Source: Patescibacteria group bacterium
Lineage (GTDB): Bacteria; Patescibacteriota; Patescibacteriia; Magasanikbacterales; GWA2-37-8
DNA length: 64,000 bases
NCBI GenBank assembly: GCA_004321885.1
Contig: SCQK01000007.1
Location: forward strand, 64,001-128,000
Direction: 5' to 3'
Shown here: positions 49,397 through 59,332 of the stretch, in pieces
How positions within the stretch are numbered: the first letter of the stretch is position 1
How the letters are laid out: the number at the start of each line of letters is the position of its first letter
Made by a program: the position numbers and the translations under genes
The notes under the pieces: generated by a model
What the model saw: the letters and a program-made list of their open reading frames with translations, nothing else
What the model was told of the DNA's origin: nothing
The model's database searches: none

Positions 49397-50290
49397 TCAT
49401 TTCATAATTATATCTCCAATTTCGTCCGTTCGTAAAATTTCCGCGGCCGCACGTTCTAATTTTTTCAACACTCGCAAAGAGGGATGACCGTACCTATTTT
49501 TTCCCACGGAAATTATCGCTTTATCCGCGTTTACGGCTCGCAAAAACTCGGCGCTGGTGGAACTATCGCTGCCATGATGCCCGACTTTCAAAATATCGGA
49601 CCTCAACGCTGTACACCCCTCCCCTATTAGGGGAGGAACAGGGGGAGGGGTATTTTGGCTAGAACAATACTTCGCCAGCAACGCCTGCTCCAGCGGTTCC
49701 TCCATATCGCCGGTAAACATTATAGTCGTACTCGCTCTGGAAAGCCGGAAAACAATTGAACGATTGTTATAATCCCCATCTTTTGTATCTATGCCCAGGG
49801 CCGGGTCCGGGGCCAAAAAATTCAGCTCTGAACCGGCGAACGCCAGCTCTTTCGGGCCGCTTATCACGCTTGCAACCGCCCTCTCTTCCTGCTGGTATCT
49901 GTACCAAACCTGCCAGTACGCGTCAAATTCTTTCTTGGCTCCATTGGTGATAATATTTTTTACCTCGTATCTTTTTAAAACATCCGCACAGCCGCCGTAA
50001 TGGTCCAGGTCAGGATGCGTAATCAGCAAATAATCAATGGTGCGGTCGTAAAACGGCAGATACTTGCCCAGTTTAGTCAGCACTTTGCGATTGGGTCCGC
50101 AATCCACCAGCATTTTTGCGCCGTCATCAAACTGTATCAGCGCCGAGTCGCCCTGACCCACGTCAAAAAAAATAACGCGAAAACCTTTTTCCGCGAAAAA
50201 AAACAAATTAAAAAGCAAACCGAGAATTATTATCAGGCAACCAACCAGGGCCGAAACTACTTTCTTGCGCATAAAATCTGATTCACCCAC
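49397..50290 (-). CDS. MBL-fold hydrolase corresponding to the ComEC C-terminal domain (stand-alone, TM-anchored)
   Basis: FFDVGQGDSALIQ...DCGP...ITHPDLDHYGG...VGHHGS; an in-frame GC hairpin at 49612-49650. Confidence 0.65.
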   Translation of the reverse strand: MGESDFMRKKVVSALVGCLIIILGLLFNLFFFAEKGFRVIFFDVGQGDSALIQFDDGAKMLVDCGPNRKVLTKLGKYLPFYDRTIDYLLITHPDLDHYGGCADVLKRYEVKNIITNGAKKEFDAYWQVWYRYQQEERAVASVISGPKELAFAGSELNFLAPDPALGIDTKDGDYNNRSIVFRLSRASTTIMFTGDMEEPLEQALLAKYCSSQNTPPPVPPLIGEGCTALRSDILKVGHHGSDSSTSAEFLRAVNADKAIISVGKNRYGHPSLRVLKKLERAAAEILRTDEIGDIIMK

Positions 50291-50928
50291 TGTTCGTTTT
50301 CTTTGACAAAAATTTCTTTTTCCACGCCAAAAGATAGCTCTTCCAAGAACGCGCGGATTTTTTCCGGACGATGATAATATGATTCAATGAGCACTTCCAC
50401 CCCGCCGGTTTTCACGAGCGGCGGGTCTTTTTGGTTGATATTGGTCACCACAAAAATTCCGCCGTCTTTGAGCACGCGATAGACCTCGTCAAAAAACCGG
50501 CGCGGATCTTTTAGGTGCGCGATAAGAAAAGCGGCCAGCACGATGTCAAAGGTTTCGTTTGCAAACGGCAAATTTTCCGCGTCGCCCACCACTGTCGTAA
50601 TGTCATACTGAATTTGTTTCATTATCTCCGGTCGCAAAATTTTTCGCTTCAGCATCTCCAGCATCTTGGGCGAGATGTCCAAAGCGGTCACGCACGCTCC
50701 CCGCTTGGCCAAATACAAAGAGGCCCGCCCGGTGCCCGCGCCGACATCCAAAATTTTTTTGCCCGCCACCACACCAAAATTTTTAGTGTGGTGGCCGGAC
50801 ACGTCGCCGAGCATGGAAAATAATTTTCCCTGTTCAAAACTGTTCAGGTATTTTTCTTTTTCATCGTAATACTTGGCCGCCAAATTATATCCTTCGGCCG
50901 ATGACAGAACCTGTATTTTTTTGGTCAT
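50257..50928 (-). CDS. class I SAM-dependent methyltransferase
   Basis: ILDVGAGTGRASLYLAKRG motif I; a family-D palindrome in frame (50765-50800). Confidence 0.7.
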   Translation of the reverse strand: MTKKIQVLSSAEGYNLAAKYYDEKEKYLNSFEQGKLFSMLGDVSGHHTKNFGVVAGKKILDVGAGTGRASLYLAKRGACVTALDISPKMLEMLKRKILRPEIMKQIQYDITTVVGDAENLPFANETFDIVLAAFLIAHLKDPRRFFDEVYRVLKDGGIFVVTNINQKDPPLVKTGGVEVLIESYYHRPEKIRAFLEELSFGVEKEIFVKENEQWVNQILCARK

Positions 50929-52463
50929 AGATGTTTACCCCTCCCTAACCCTCCCCTTATAAAGGGGAGGGCAATAATAATATACAACAATATCGTCATC
51001 CACCAGCTGATTCGTATTTCCAGCGCGGCCCAGCCCTGTTTTCCAAACCATTCCACTAACATTATAACATACCCAAGTCCGACGCCAACAATCCAGGCCA
51101 CTATCTGTCCCAAAGGAAAAAATATGAAACCGAGCATGACCGCGGCGAATCCAAAAAGCATCAGCCACGGGATAATCCACAGCACCAGCAAATTCACGAG
51201 CGGCGCAACGATAGAGAGGCGGCCGAATTGAAACAGCATCAAAGGCAAAGTGGCGATGATGGCGGAAAGGGTTTGCACCAATGTTTGAAAGAAAAAATTA
51301 ATACTGTCATTGCGAGGAGCCGGAAGCGACGAAGCAATCCCAAGCGATAAATATACGAGTCCCAAAGTCGCTAAAAAAGACAGTTGAAACCCCGCGTCCC
51401 ACACCAGCACGTACGGATTAAAAAGCAACATCAGCGCCGCGGTCAGCGCCAGCACATTGCCCACGCGCGACAAGCGACCCATTTGTTGCGCCAGCAAAAC
51501 AATCACGCCCATTATTCCGGCGCGCACCACCGAAGCCGAGGCGCCGGTAAAGAGCACGAATAAAATTATGCCAACGACCACGGCCCAAAACGCGCGAGGG
51601 CGCGACAGCCCGGCCAGAATAAAAAAACTCATCAGCGCCAAGGCGATGATACTAATGTTGTATCCGGATATGGCGATAATATGAGTGATGCCCGAACGAT
51701 TAAAATCCTCCAGCAGCTCCGTCGGCAGGCCGCTACGCGCGCCGTAGAGCAGTCCGGCCATCAAACTGCTCTTCGGCTCTGGCCAAAGTTTGTCCACCTG
51801 ATTCGCGACAGCCGATTTAAGGCGTAACATGTCATTGCGAGCGACCGTAGGGAGCGCGGCAATCCCATTCTTTGCAAGGGATTGCTTCGTCGTTTCACTC
51901 CTCGCAATGACAGGATTCCCGCACACCGACCAAATCCCATAGCGCGCCAAATACTGGTCATAGCGAAATCCGTCCGGGCTCGCTTTTGGCTCTTGCAATA
52001 CACAAGACAAATTCAACTCCTCTCCATACTCATAGCGCGGATACAGTGGCAGCCAAAAAATAATTTTACCGGAAATATTTTTTGGACAAACAAACGACTG
52101 CCCCGCGCAACTTTTTACTTTCGCCACGTATTTCACGTTGCTTATCCCCGCTTCCGGCTCTTCGCTTACAGCCGCCGTCACTTCCATTTTCTCGCCGTTG
52201 TAATATTTGATACTGCTCGGCGTGATTTTCGGCACGCTGATTAAAAAACGCAAGCCGCCCAAAATAAAAAACAACGCGCAAAGCAGGGCGAAGCGCCAAA
52301 CTTTTTTCTGCCACAGCATTACGGCGAAAAAAAGCGCGGCAAACGCCGCGATAAACAAAGGAAACTGCCAATCACTATTTTCCTGAAGCGAAAACAAACT
52401 CACGCCGGCTATAAAACAAAAGCAAAACGCGAGAAACGTTTTGCTTTTAGAGTGCATTGTCAT
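50925..52463 (-). CDS. comEC: ComEC/Rec2 competence channel protein (N-terminal + competence domains)
   Basis: IIAISGYNISIIAL ... SASVVRAGIMG ... GFQLSFLATLG; start placed at MTMHSK (52463), because the longer ORF call would overlap leuS by 220 nt; two family-A elements in frame. Confidence 0.7.
   Translation of the reverse strand: MTMHSKSKTFLAFCFCFIAGVSLFSLQENSDWQFPLFIAAFAALFFAVMLWQKKVWRFALLCALFFILGGLRFLISVPKITPSSIKYYNGEKMEVTAAVSEEPEAGISNVKYVAKVKSCAGQSFVCPKNISGKIIFWLPLYPRYEYGEELNLSCVLQEPKASPDGFRYDQYLARYGIWSVCGNPVIARSETTKQSLAKNGIAALPTVARNDMLRLKSAVANQVDKLWPEPKSSLMAGLLYGARSGLPTELLEDFNRSGITHIIAISGYNISIIALALMSFFILAGLSRPRAFWAVVVGIILFVLFTGASASVVRAGIMGVIVLLAQQMGRLSRVGNVLALTAALMLLFNPYVLVWDAGFQLSFLATLGLVYLSLGIASSLPAPRNDSINFFFQTLVQTLSAIIATLPLMLFQFGRLSIVAPLVNLLVLWIIPWLMLFGFAAVMLGFIFFPLGQIVAWIVGVGLGYVIMLVEWFGKQGWAALEIRISWWMTILLYIIIALPFIRGGLGRGKHL
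51831..51911. repeat. family-A palindromic element in frame inside comEC (a half copy at 51305-51341)
   Basis: encodes ...IAALPTVARNDM... Confidence 0.8.
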
Positions 52464-52474
52464 TTTAAACACGC

Positions 52475-55012
52475 TCACACAACTATACTCACCAACTTTC
52501 CTTTCACGTAAATCACTTTCTTGGGTTGTTTGCCTTCCAGCCATCTCTGAATTTTTTCGCTGGCGAGCGCGCGGCTCTTCGCCTCTTCTTCGGAGATTCC
52601 CGCCACCACTTCCAAAGTGTCGCGCAACTTGCCATTCACCTGCACGGCCAGAGTGATTTCTTTTTCTTTGGCCAGCTCGGGGTCGTACTTCGGCCACGGT
52701 TCAAATGTGATGGATTTTTTATGTCCCAATAGCGACCACAACTCTTCGCACATGTGCGGAGCGAAGGGCGAAAGAATTTTTACGAATAATTCAAAATTCG
52801 CGATGGAAATTTTTGCCTGCTTTGAAAATTCATTACTCAATTCCATCATTTTCGCTATGGCCGTATTAAATCTCATCGCTTCAATATCTTCGGTGACTTT
52901 TTTGATTGTTTGGTGAAGTAGCTGCGTCATGCTGTCATTGCGAGGAGCCGAAGGCGACGTGGCAATCCCTTTCTTTGTTTGGGATTGCTTCGCTTCGCTC
53001 GCAATGACATTGAGCCCCCACACCCTCTCCAAAAACCTACGCACCCCTATCAATCCATTCGTATCCCACTCCACGGCCTGGTCAAACGGCCCCATGAACA
53101 TTATATACGTGCGCAAAGAATCCGCGCCGAATTTTTCCACCATTTCGTCCGGGTTTACCACGTTGCCTTTTGATTTACTCATTTTTTCTCCGCCTTTGGC
53201 TAAAATCATGCCGTGGCTGGTGCGTTTTTTGTACGGCTCACGCGTGGGCACAGCGCCGATGTCAAACAAAAACTGATTCCAAAAACGGGAATACAACAAA
53301 TGTAGAACCGTGTGCTCCATGCCGCCATTATACCAATCCACGCCGCCTTCGCCCGGCTTCGCGGGCTTCGGCGGGCAAAGCCAATATTTTAGCTTTTCCA
53401 TTGAGGCCAATTTCTTATCGTTTTTCGGGTCGCAGTAGCGCAAAAAATACCAACTGCTTCCGGCCCAATTCGGCATGGTGTCTGTTTCGCGCCGAGCCGG
53501 GCCGCCACATTTCGGGCATTTTGTTTTCACCCATTTTTCCATCGCGGCCAAGGGCGATTCGCCTGTGTCGGTCGGCTCATATTTTTTCACTTTCGGCAAT
53601 TCCAAAGGCAAATCTTCTTCCGCCAGCGGAATCCATCCTGGATTCAATCGCTCACCATCGTTTGGAAATTGGAAATTGGAAATTGGAAATTCCGCTTGTT
53701 TTTCGCACGCGGGACAAAAAACAAGCGGGATGGGTTCGCCCCAATAGCGCTGTCGCGAAAACACCCAATCGCGGAGTTTGTATTGCACTTTTTTCTCGCC
53801 AATCTTTTTTTCTTCCAGCCACTTCATTATTTTTTCCATCGGCTCGGGCACGATTTCCTTTATCGGCAAATTAAATTTCTTGGCAAACTCACTGTCGCGC
53901 TCGTCGTGCGCGGGCACGGCCATAATGGCGCCGGTGCCATAACCGGCCAAAACATAATCCGCTACCCACACCGGAATTTCCTTACCCGTGGCCGGGTTAA
54001 TCGCTTTGATACCCTTCAATTCCACGCCTGTTTTCTCTTTTTGAAGCTCTGTCCTCTCTAAATCCGATTTTTTCTTAGCTGATTCAACATATTTTTTTAC
54101 TTCGTCTATATTTGGAAATTGGAAATTGGAAATTGGAAATTTGAGGAGCGAAGCGACGAGTTCATGTTCGGGCGCGACAACCATGTACGTGGCGCCGAAG
54201 AGAGTGTCGGGGCGAGTGGTGAAGACCTCAAGCACACTGTCATTGCGAGGAGCCGAAGGCGACGTGGCAATCCCTTTCTTTGTTTGGGATTGCTTCACTT
54301 CGTTCGCAATGACAAATTTAATCATCGCGCCTTCGCTTCTGCCAATCCAATTTTCCTGCTGGACTTTTGCGCGTTCAATATAATCCACCTCTTTCAAGCC
54401 CTCCAGTAATTTATCCGCGTACTTGGTAATCGCCAGCATCCATTGCTCCTTATTGCGCCGCTCCACCGGCGTACCACAGCGCTCGCACTTGCCGTCCACC
54501 ACTTCCTCGTTGGCTAAGCCGATTTTACACGACGGGCACCAGTTTATGGGCATGGCTTTTTTGTAAGCCAAACCGTGCTTGAAAAGCTGTAAAAAAATCC
54601 ACTGGGTCCATTTGTAATATTTCGGGTCCGTGGTATCCACCTGCCGCGACCAATCAAAACTTAAACCGAGCGATTTTAGCTGGCGCGTGAAATTGGAGAT
54701 GTTTTTTTTCGTCACCTCGGCCGGGGGTTTGCCGGTCTTGATAGCAAAATTTTCCGTCGGCAGGCCGAAAGCGTCAAATCCAATAGGATACAAAACATTG
54801 TAGCCCTCCATGCGGCGCTTGCGCGAAATAATATCCATGGCCGTGTAGGCGCGCGGATGTCCCACGTGCAAACCCTCGCCGCTCGGATACGGAAACTCAA
54901 TCAAAGAATAAAACTTCTTTTTTTTCTTATCTTCTTTAACCTCAAAAGTCCCGTTCTCTTCCCAAAACTTCTGCCACTTTTTTTCAATTTTTTTCGGGTC
55001 GTATTTTGGCAT
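52475..55012 (-). CDS. leuS: leucine--tRNA ligase
   Basis: HVGHPRAYT (HIGH) and KMSKS motifs, 845 aa; in-frame family-A elements twice ([20 protein letters not shown] duplicated) and (GGAAATT)n runs twice. Confidence 0.9.
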   Translation of the reverse strand: MPKYDPKKIEKKWQKFWEENGTFEVKEDKKKKKFYSLIEFPYPSGEGLHVGHPRAYTAMDIISRKRRMEGYNVLYPIGFDAFGLPTENFAIKTGKPPAEVTKKNISNFTRQLKSLGLSFDWSRQVDTTDPKYYKWTQWIFLQLFKHGLAYKKAMPINWCPSCKIGLANEEVVDGKCERCGTPVERRNKEQWMLAITKYADKLLEGLKEVDYIERAKVQQENWIGRSEGAMIKFVIANEVKQSQTKKGIATSPSAPRNDSVLEVFTTRPDTLFGATYMVVAPEHELVASLLKFPISNFQFPNIDEVKKYVESAKKKSDLERTELQKEKTGVELKGIKAINPATGKEIPVWVADYVLAGYGTGAIMAVPAHDERDSEFAKKFNLPIKEIVPEPMEKIMKWLEEKKIGEKKVQYKLRDWVFSRQRYWGEPIPLVFCPACEKQAEFPISNFQFPNDGERLNPGWIPLAEEDLPLELPKVKKYEPTDTGESPLAAMEKWVKTKCPKCGGPARRETDTMPNWAGSSWYFLRYCDPKNDKKLASMEKLKYWLCPPKPAKPGEGGVDWYNGGMEHTVLHLLYSRFWNQFLFDIGAVPTREPYKKRTSHGMILAKGGEKMSKSKGNVVNPDEMVEKFGADSLRTYIMFMGPFDQAVEWDTNGLIGVRRFLERVWGLNVIASEAKQSQTKKGIATSPSAPRNDSMTQLLHQTIKKVTEDIEAMRFNTAIAKMMELSNEFSKQAKISIANFELFVKILSPFAPHMCEELWSLLGHKKSITFEPWPKYDPELAKEKEITLAVQVNGKLRDTLEVVAGISEEEAKSRALASEKIQRWLEGKQPKKVIYVKGKLVSIVV
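52934..53009. repeat. family-A palindromic element in frame in leuS
   Basis: copy at 54239-54314. Confidence 0.85.
53663..53691. repeat. (GGAAATT)x4 heptamer microsatellite in frame in leuS
   Basis: second run at 54107-54140; encodes [10 protein letters not shown] twice. Confidence 0.85.
54239..54314. repeat. family-A palindromic element in frame in leuS
   Basis: near-identical to 52934-53009. Confidence 0.85.
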
Positions 55013-55013
55013 A

Positions 55014-55790
55014 TTATTTAAACAACTCCAATAATTTTTTATGCAAAACCGGATTGGCGACTATAATATCACACTCGCCTCTCTTCCACTCCTCTCCAAA
55101 ACTGTTTGTCCATTTGGCTCCGGCTTCGGTGGCGATAACATACGGCGCCAAAAAATCATGATAAAAACCGGCGTTGGTCACGACCGCGTCTATGCGGCCC
55201 GCGGCCAAATGGCACATGGTTAAAATTGTCCCCATATTATGTAGCCAGCACCCGGTGTCGCCGTTTATATTATTCCAAAAACGCACATAATCCTTAAATC
55301 TTTTTTGCCCGTTTCCGCAACCCACCGCGCCCTGGCTGAAAATCAAAAAACAATGCTCCACCTTATCGTAATTTCCAACTTTAATCCGCTCCCCGTTCAA
55401 GTACGCCCCCTCGCCTTTTTGCGCCCAAAACAATTCATCATTCATGGCATCGTAAATCGCGCTCAAGTATGGCGTTCCATTTTTTGTCAGGCCGACCATC
55501 ACGCACCACATCGCCACATGGTTGGCGAAGTTACGTGTGCCGTCTATTGGGTCTATCACCCAGGTATGCTCGGCCCCCGGATTTATTTCCTCTTTTCGTT
55601 CTTCGGAAATTATTCCGTGGTCCGGATATTTTTCCAAGATTTTTTCTATCAAAAATTTCTCCACTTCCGTGTCCGCTTCGGTAATTACGTCCGACGGATT
55701 TGATTTGACGCCGCTTTTGACCCCTTTCAAATAATATCCCTTGGCCAAATACCCGGCTTCTTTAATGGTGGATTTTACAAATTCAAGCAT
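55014..55790 (-). CDS. inositol monophosphatase-family protein
   Basis: [12 protein letters not shown] motif. Confidence 0.75.
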   Translation of the reverse strand: MLEFVKSTIKEAGYLAKGYYLKGVKSGVKSNPSDVITEADTEVEKFLIEKILEKYPDHGIISEERKEEINPGAEHTWVIDPIDGTRNFANHVAMWCVMVGLTKNGTPYLSAIYDAMNDELFWAQKGEGAYLNGERIKVGNYDKVEHCFLIFSQGAVGCGNGQKRFKDYVRFWNNINGDTGCWLHNMGTILTMCHLAAGRIDAVVTNAGFYHDFLAPYVIATEAGAKWTNSFGEEWKRGECDIIVANPVLHKKLLELFK

Positions 55791-55895
55791 ACTTTATACC
55801 CCACCCTGTGTCCCTCCCCTAAAAGGGGAGGGGAATGTTTGCGTGCCTACATTTTATCGCAAACAGGGCTAAAAATCAAATTACGCCCGGATAAA

Positions 55896-55924
55896 TTGAC
55901 CTAACTGCCCAGTTCGTTTATACT
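55896..55924 (+). promoter_or_regulatory. sigma70-like promoter (TTGACC-17nt-TATACT)
   Basis: well-spaced hexamers on the plus strand in a minus-strand gene neighbourhood. Confidence 0.5.
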
Positions 55925-55930
55925 ATTGCT

Positions 55931-56182
55931 AAGCGTGGTGTGCTGTCTGTCGCTTATCAGCGGCTGAAAGCCCCACACAACACTCCAACGAGGAGGAACA
56001 ATGAAAGTCGGCAACAGAGCAGGCCCGGCCCAGAGCCGAGCCAACAACACGCGCTGATCGCAGAAGCCAACCGCCTCTTCGGGGCAGGAGGTGAAAATGC
56101 ACTGGCCGTGACAAACACGGACGGCGTAGGCACTGTGACGGAGCAGGACCAGGGGGCGGTCTCGACGACGCCCCTTTTTTTA
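55931..56182 (+). ncRNA. candidate small RNA or micro-ORF transcript (GC about 62%)
   Basis: promoter, then about 250 nt containing SD-ATG micro-ORFs (56001-56057 encoding MKVGNRAGPAQSRANNTR; 56097 encoding MHWP), ending in a GGGGCG...CGCCCC-T7 terminator at 56152-56182. Confidence 0.4.
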
Positions 56183-56192
56183 ATCTCAGCTA

Positions 56193-56313
56193 AATTAAAA
56201 CGGAGGGTATATATAATTTTTGTAGCGGCCATCGCACCCCCGCGGGGCAGCGGTCGCCGCAGGCGACCCTGTTTGGCCGCAAAAAAATTATATATACCCT
56301 CCGTTGTTTTAAT
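56193..56313. repeat. long hairpin element with conserved about 55-bp core (GCGGCCATCGCACCCCCGCGGGGCAGCGGTCGCCGCAGGCGACCCTGTTTGGCCGC) and 28-bp perfectly paired outer arms
   Basis: abuts the trxA stop; a second copy at 56698-56804 has the same core but different, still perfectly complementary arms. Confidence 0.7.
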
Positions 56314-56634
56314 TTACGCGTACTTCTCCAGCATCTCTTTCAACTTCTCTTTCTGCACCCCGCCCGTCAGCTGGTCCACTATCTGGCCGTCCTTGAAAAC
56401 CATAAACGAAGGGATACTCAACACACTATACTGCGCGGCCGTGTCGCCGTTCTCGTCCACATTCATCTTGCCGATTTTAATGTTCTTGCCCTCAAATTCC
56501 TTGGCCAATTCTTCCACTATCGGCCCCATCATCTGGCACGGCCCGCACCACGGCGCCCAAAAATCCACAAACACCGGCTGTTTGGATTGCAAAACCTCCT
56601 CGTTAAAATTTTTGTCGGTAAACACGTTGTCCAT
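56314..56634 (-). CDS. trxA: thioredoxin
   Basis: WAPWCGPCQ active site, 106 aa. Confidence 0.9.
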   Translation of the reverse strand: MDNVFTDKNFNEEVLQSKQPVFVDFWAPWCGPCQMMGPIVEELAKEFEGKNIKIGKMNVDENGDTAAQYSVLSIPSFMVFKDGQIVDQLTGGVQKEKLKEMLEKYA

Positions 56635-56648
56635 ATTTATTTTTTTCT

Positions 56649-56682
56649 GGATTCCCCCGTACTTAGTCGGGGGAATGACAGC
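56649..56682. repeat. family-B palindrome in the trxA 5' region
   Basis: identity. Confidence 0.85.
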
Positions 56683-56697
56683 TTGTGTTTAATTATT

Positions 56698-56804
56698 AGC
56701 AAAGTTTTGTGATTTTTTTCGCAGCGGCCATCGCACCCCCAAGGGGCAGTGGTCGCCGCAGGCGACCCTGTTTGGCCGCAAAAAAAAATTCACAAAACTT
56801 TGCC
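56698..56804. repeat. second copy of the conserved-core hairpin element (between the infB stop and trxA)
   Basis: see 56193-56313. Confidence 0.7.
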
Positions 56805-56805
56805 T

Positions 56806-58824
56806 TTAACTTAACACCAACTTTTTCTCCTTTTCCTCTTCCTTGTAACACTCCAGCACATCATCTATCTCCAATTTTAATTTACCCTCAAACTGCGCCC
56901 CGCACTCGCTACCCTCGGGCACTTCGTTCAAAATCTGCTTGGCCACCTGCAACTGCGACAACTTACCCAAGCCGATAATCTCTTCCCCGCGCTTTACTCG
57001 CGCTTTACAGCCCTTCTGCAGTTTGCCCTGTTCCACGCGGCCGCCGACTATCATATTGCCCTTGCCGGTGCGGAAAATCGCCACCACCTTGAACACCCCG
57101 AGTTCAGTAGTAATTTTTTCCGGACTCAACAACTTGCCCATTTCTTCTTTGACGAAATCCAGCAGGTCGTAAATTATTTTGTACTCATTATACACTAATT
57201 TTTTATCGCGCGCCATTTCTTGCGCCACCGGGTTGATGGTAACATTAAAAGCAAAAAGCATGGCGCCGGCGGCTTCGGCCTTGGCCACGTCATCTACCGT
57301 CACATTGCCCAGGCCCTTGCCCACCACGCGCACGCCCACCTCGTCATTTTTAATTTTTCCCAGCGAACCGATAATCGCTTCCAGCGAGCCGAGCGTATCG
57401 CCCTTCACCACCACGTTCAAAACCTTCTTTTGCTCGTCGCTTTCAGCCGCGCCCAGGGCAAAAGTTTCTTTTTCCGCGCCCATCTGCTTATTTTTTTTCT
57501 CTTTTATGTCAATGGCCTTGGCCCCGGCGGCCGCGGCCACGTCCAAAATATCCCCCACGGCCGGCGCCACCTTAAATCCCAGAATGCGCGCCGGACAGCT
57601 GGGCGGGGCCGTCAGCAAATTTTCTCCTTTGTGATTTTTCATGGCCCGCACCTTGCCGTAAATCTCGCCGTTTATCACCAGCGGGTCGTTCACGCGCAAA
57701 GTGCCGGTCTGCACCAAAATCGTGGCCACCGGGCCTTCGCCCTTGTCCACGTGCGCCTCAATGACCGTGCCCGCGGCCGAGCGGTCCGGATTGGCTTTAA
57801 TGCTGTCGGCATGCACGTCGGCCACTAAAAGCAACACATCAAGTAGCTTATCTATGTGCAAATTCTGTTTGGCGGAAATTTCCACCATGGGCGTGTCCCC
57901 GCCCCACTCCTCGCCTATCACTCCGTTTTGCGACAAATCAACGCGCACCTTTTGCGGGTCAGCTCCCTCTTTGTCAATTTTATTGAGCGCCACCACGGTC
58001 GGAATTTTGGCGGCCTTGATAATGTTTATCGCTTCCAAGGTTTGGGGCTTGACGCTGTCGTCGGCCGCCACCACCAGAATGGCGATGTCAGCCACCTTGG
58101 TGCCGCGGCTGCGCATCACCGTAAAGGCCTCGTGCCCGGGAGTGTCTATAAATGTCAGGGGGGATTTTTCTTTGGTTTTGGGATTGGTCCAAATCACCTG
58201 ATAAGCGCCGATGTGCTGGGTAATGCCACCAGCCTCGGATTCCATGACATTGGTGCGTCGAATAGCGTCTAACAATTTTGTTTTACCGTGGTCAACGTGC
58301 CCCATCACCACGATAACGGGCGGGCGGCGCGTGGTAGCGTCCGCGGCCAAAATTGATTCCAAATTATTTTCGTGCGCCGAGACTGCTTCGGTTTTTTGCT
58401 CGGGTTCGCGCACGGTAAAACCGAATTCCTGCGCCATCAGCACGGCCGTGTCATGGTCCAGGCGCTCGTTTTGCGCAGCCAAAATTCCGTTTTTCATGAG
58501 TTCAACGATAAGGCCGGTAACCGGCATCTGCAAAATATCGGCGAATTGGCGCACGGTCAGCTGGTTTGGTATGGCCACGCTGGCGCCGCTCGTCTGGCGC
58601 GCCTCTTTTTCCAGCTCTTTTTGTTTTTCTTTTTCCTTGCGCTCGCGCTCTTCCAGCACGAACTTTATCCGTTTCCAGGCGCGCTGAATCTGCTGGGCCA
58701 CGCGGTCATCCACTTTCACGGCCCGAGCGCCGATATCAAAACCAAACTCTGGCAAAATTTGCAAAAGTTTTTGGGGGTGGACTCGGAGTTGTCTGGCCAG
58801 TTCGCTTACGTTCATAAAGCTCAA
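56806..58824 (-). CDS. infB: translation initiation factor IF-2
   Basis: GHVDHGKT, DTPGHEAF and NKID GTPase motifs, 672 aa. Confidence 0.9.
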   Translation of the reverse strand: MSFMNVSELARQLRVHPQKLLQILPEFGFDIGARAVKVDDRVAQQIQRAWKRIKFVLEERERKEKEKQKELEKEARQTSGASVAIPNQLTVRQFADILQMPVTGLIVELMKNGILAAQNERLDHDTAVLMAQEFGFTVREPEQKTEAVSAHENNLESILAADATTRRPPVIVVMGHVDHGKTKLLDAIRRTNVMESEAGGITQHIGAYQVIWTNPKTKEKSPLTFIDTPGHEAFTVMRSRGTKVADIAILVVAADDSVKPQTLEAINIIKAAKIPTVVALNKIDKEGADPQKVRVDLSQNGVIGEEWGGDTPMVEISAKQNLHIDKLLDVLLLVADVHADSIKANPDRSAAGTVIEAHVDKGEGPVATILVQTGTLRVNDPLVINGEIYGKVRAMKNHKGENLLTAPPSCPARILGFKVAPAVGDILDVAAAAGAKAIDIKEKKNKQMGAEKETFALGAAESDEQKKVLNVVVKGDTLGSLEAIIGSLGKIKNDEVGVRVVGKGLGNVTVDDVAKAEAAGAMLFAFNVTINPVAQEMARDKKLVYNEYKIIYDLLDFVKEEMGKLLSPEKITTELGVFKVVAIFRTGKGNMIVGGRVEQGKLQKGCKARVKRGEEIIGLGKLSQLQVAKQILNEVPEGSECGAQFEGKLKLEIDDVLECYKEEEKEKKLVLS

Positions 58825-58904
58825 CTACCCTCTCCTGTTAGGGGAGGGATAAAGGGATGGGGTATCCACTCAATATCCCTAAAATCTTACTCTCTTACAC
58901 TGAA

Positions 58905-59015
58905 TTAGTCAAATACGGGAATATCGCTGGCTCCATAGTGCCCGACTTAGTCGGGGCTGTGGAGCCGTAATGCACTCTGGCTCCACGCACAGCATGGAGC
59001 CAGCGACATTTGACA
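58905..59015. repeat. family-F composite palindrome (GGCTCCATAG..CCCGACTTAGTCGGGG..CTGTGGAGCC..)
   Basis: related copies at 7895-7950 and 37895-38032. Confidence 0.7.
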
Positions 59016-59063
59016 CGCGCCCGATTTTGTGATAAAGTGATTTCACAATTAAAATAATAATTC

Positions 59064-59095
59064 TGGATTCCCCCGACTTAGTCGGGGGAATGACA
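59064..59095. repeat. family-B palindrome upstream of rny
   Basis: a second copy at 59204-59234. Confidence 0.85.
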
Positions 59096-59332
59096 GATGA
59101 GATTTTTGAGGGAATTTTTTAAGAGGAAACTCGTATGGCTCGTGCGGCTGAAACTGCCAAAAATACGCTAACGAAAACACTTTCAAGCGCTATCCGTGTG
59201 TGGGTTCCCCCGTACTTAGTCGGGGGAATGACAAACGAATCGGCCATCACTTCGGCTTTGTTTGCGTTCGTAAAATAAACAAGGCCTCTCTTCTTAAAAT
59301 TTTCGCCCGCAAAAATCGCGGAAATTTTTTGT

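Noticed and set aside
53663-54140. Possible CRISPR array, suggested by short direct repeats (GGAAATT runs and the many palindromes)
   Set aside because: The repeats are tandem 7-mers or dispersed palindromes with no regular repeat-spacer periodicity and no cas genes; they lie in frame within leuS.
55931-56182. Candidate sRNA as tmRNA, SRP RNA or RNase P RNA
   Set aside because: It is too short for RNase P or tmRNA. It has no tRNA-like termini or tag-peptide ORF ending in ALAA, and no SRP domain-IV GGAA/GGAAGCAGC signature.
55940-56692. 250-aa plus-strand ORF in the six-frame track
   Set aside because: Most of it is antisense to the clearly real thioredoxin gene and to the hairpin elements; it has a GTG start without RBS. 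Only its first 250 nt coincide with the candidate sRNA unit.
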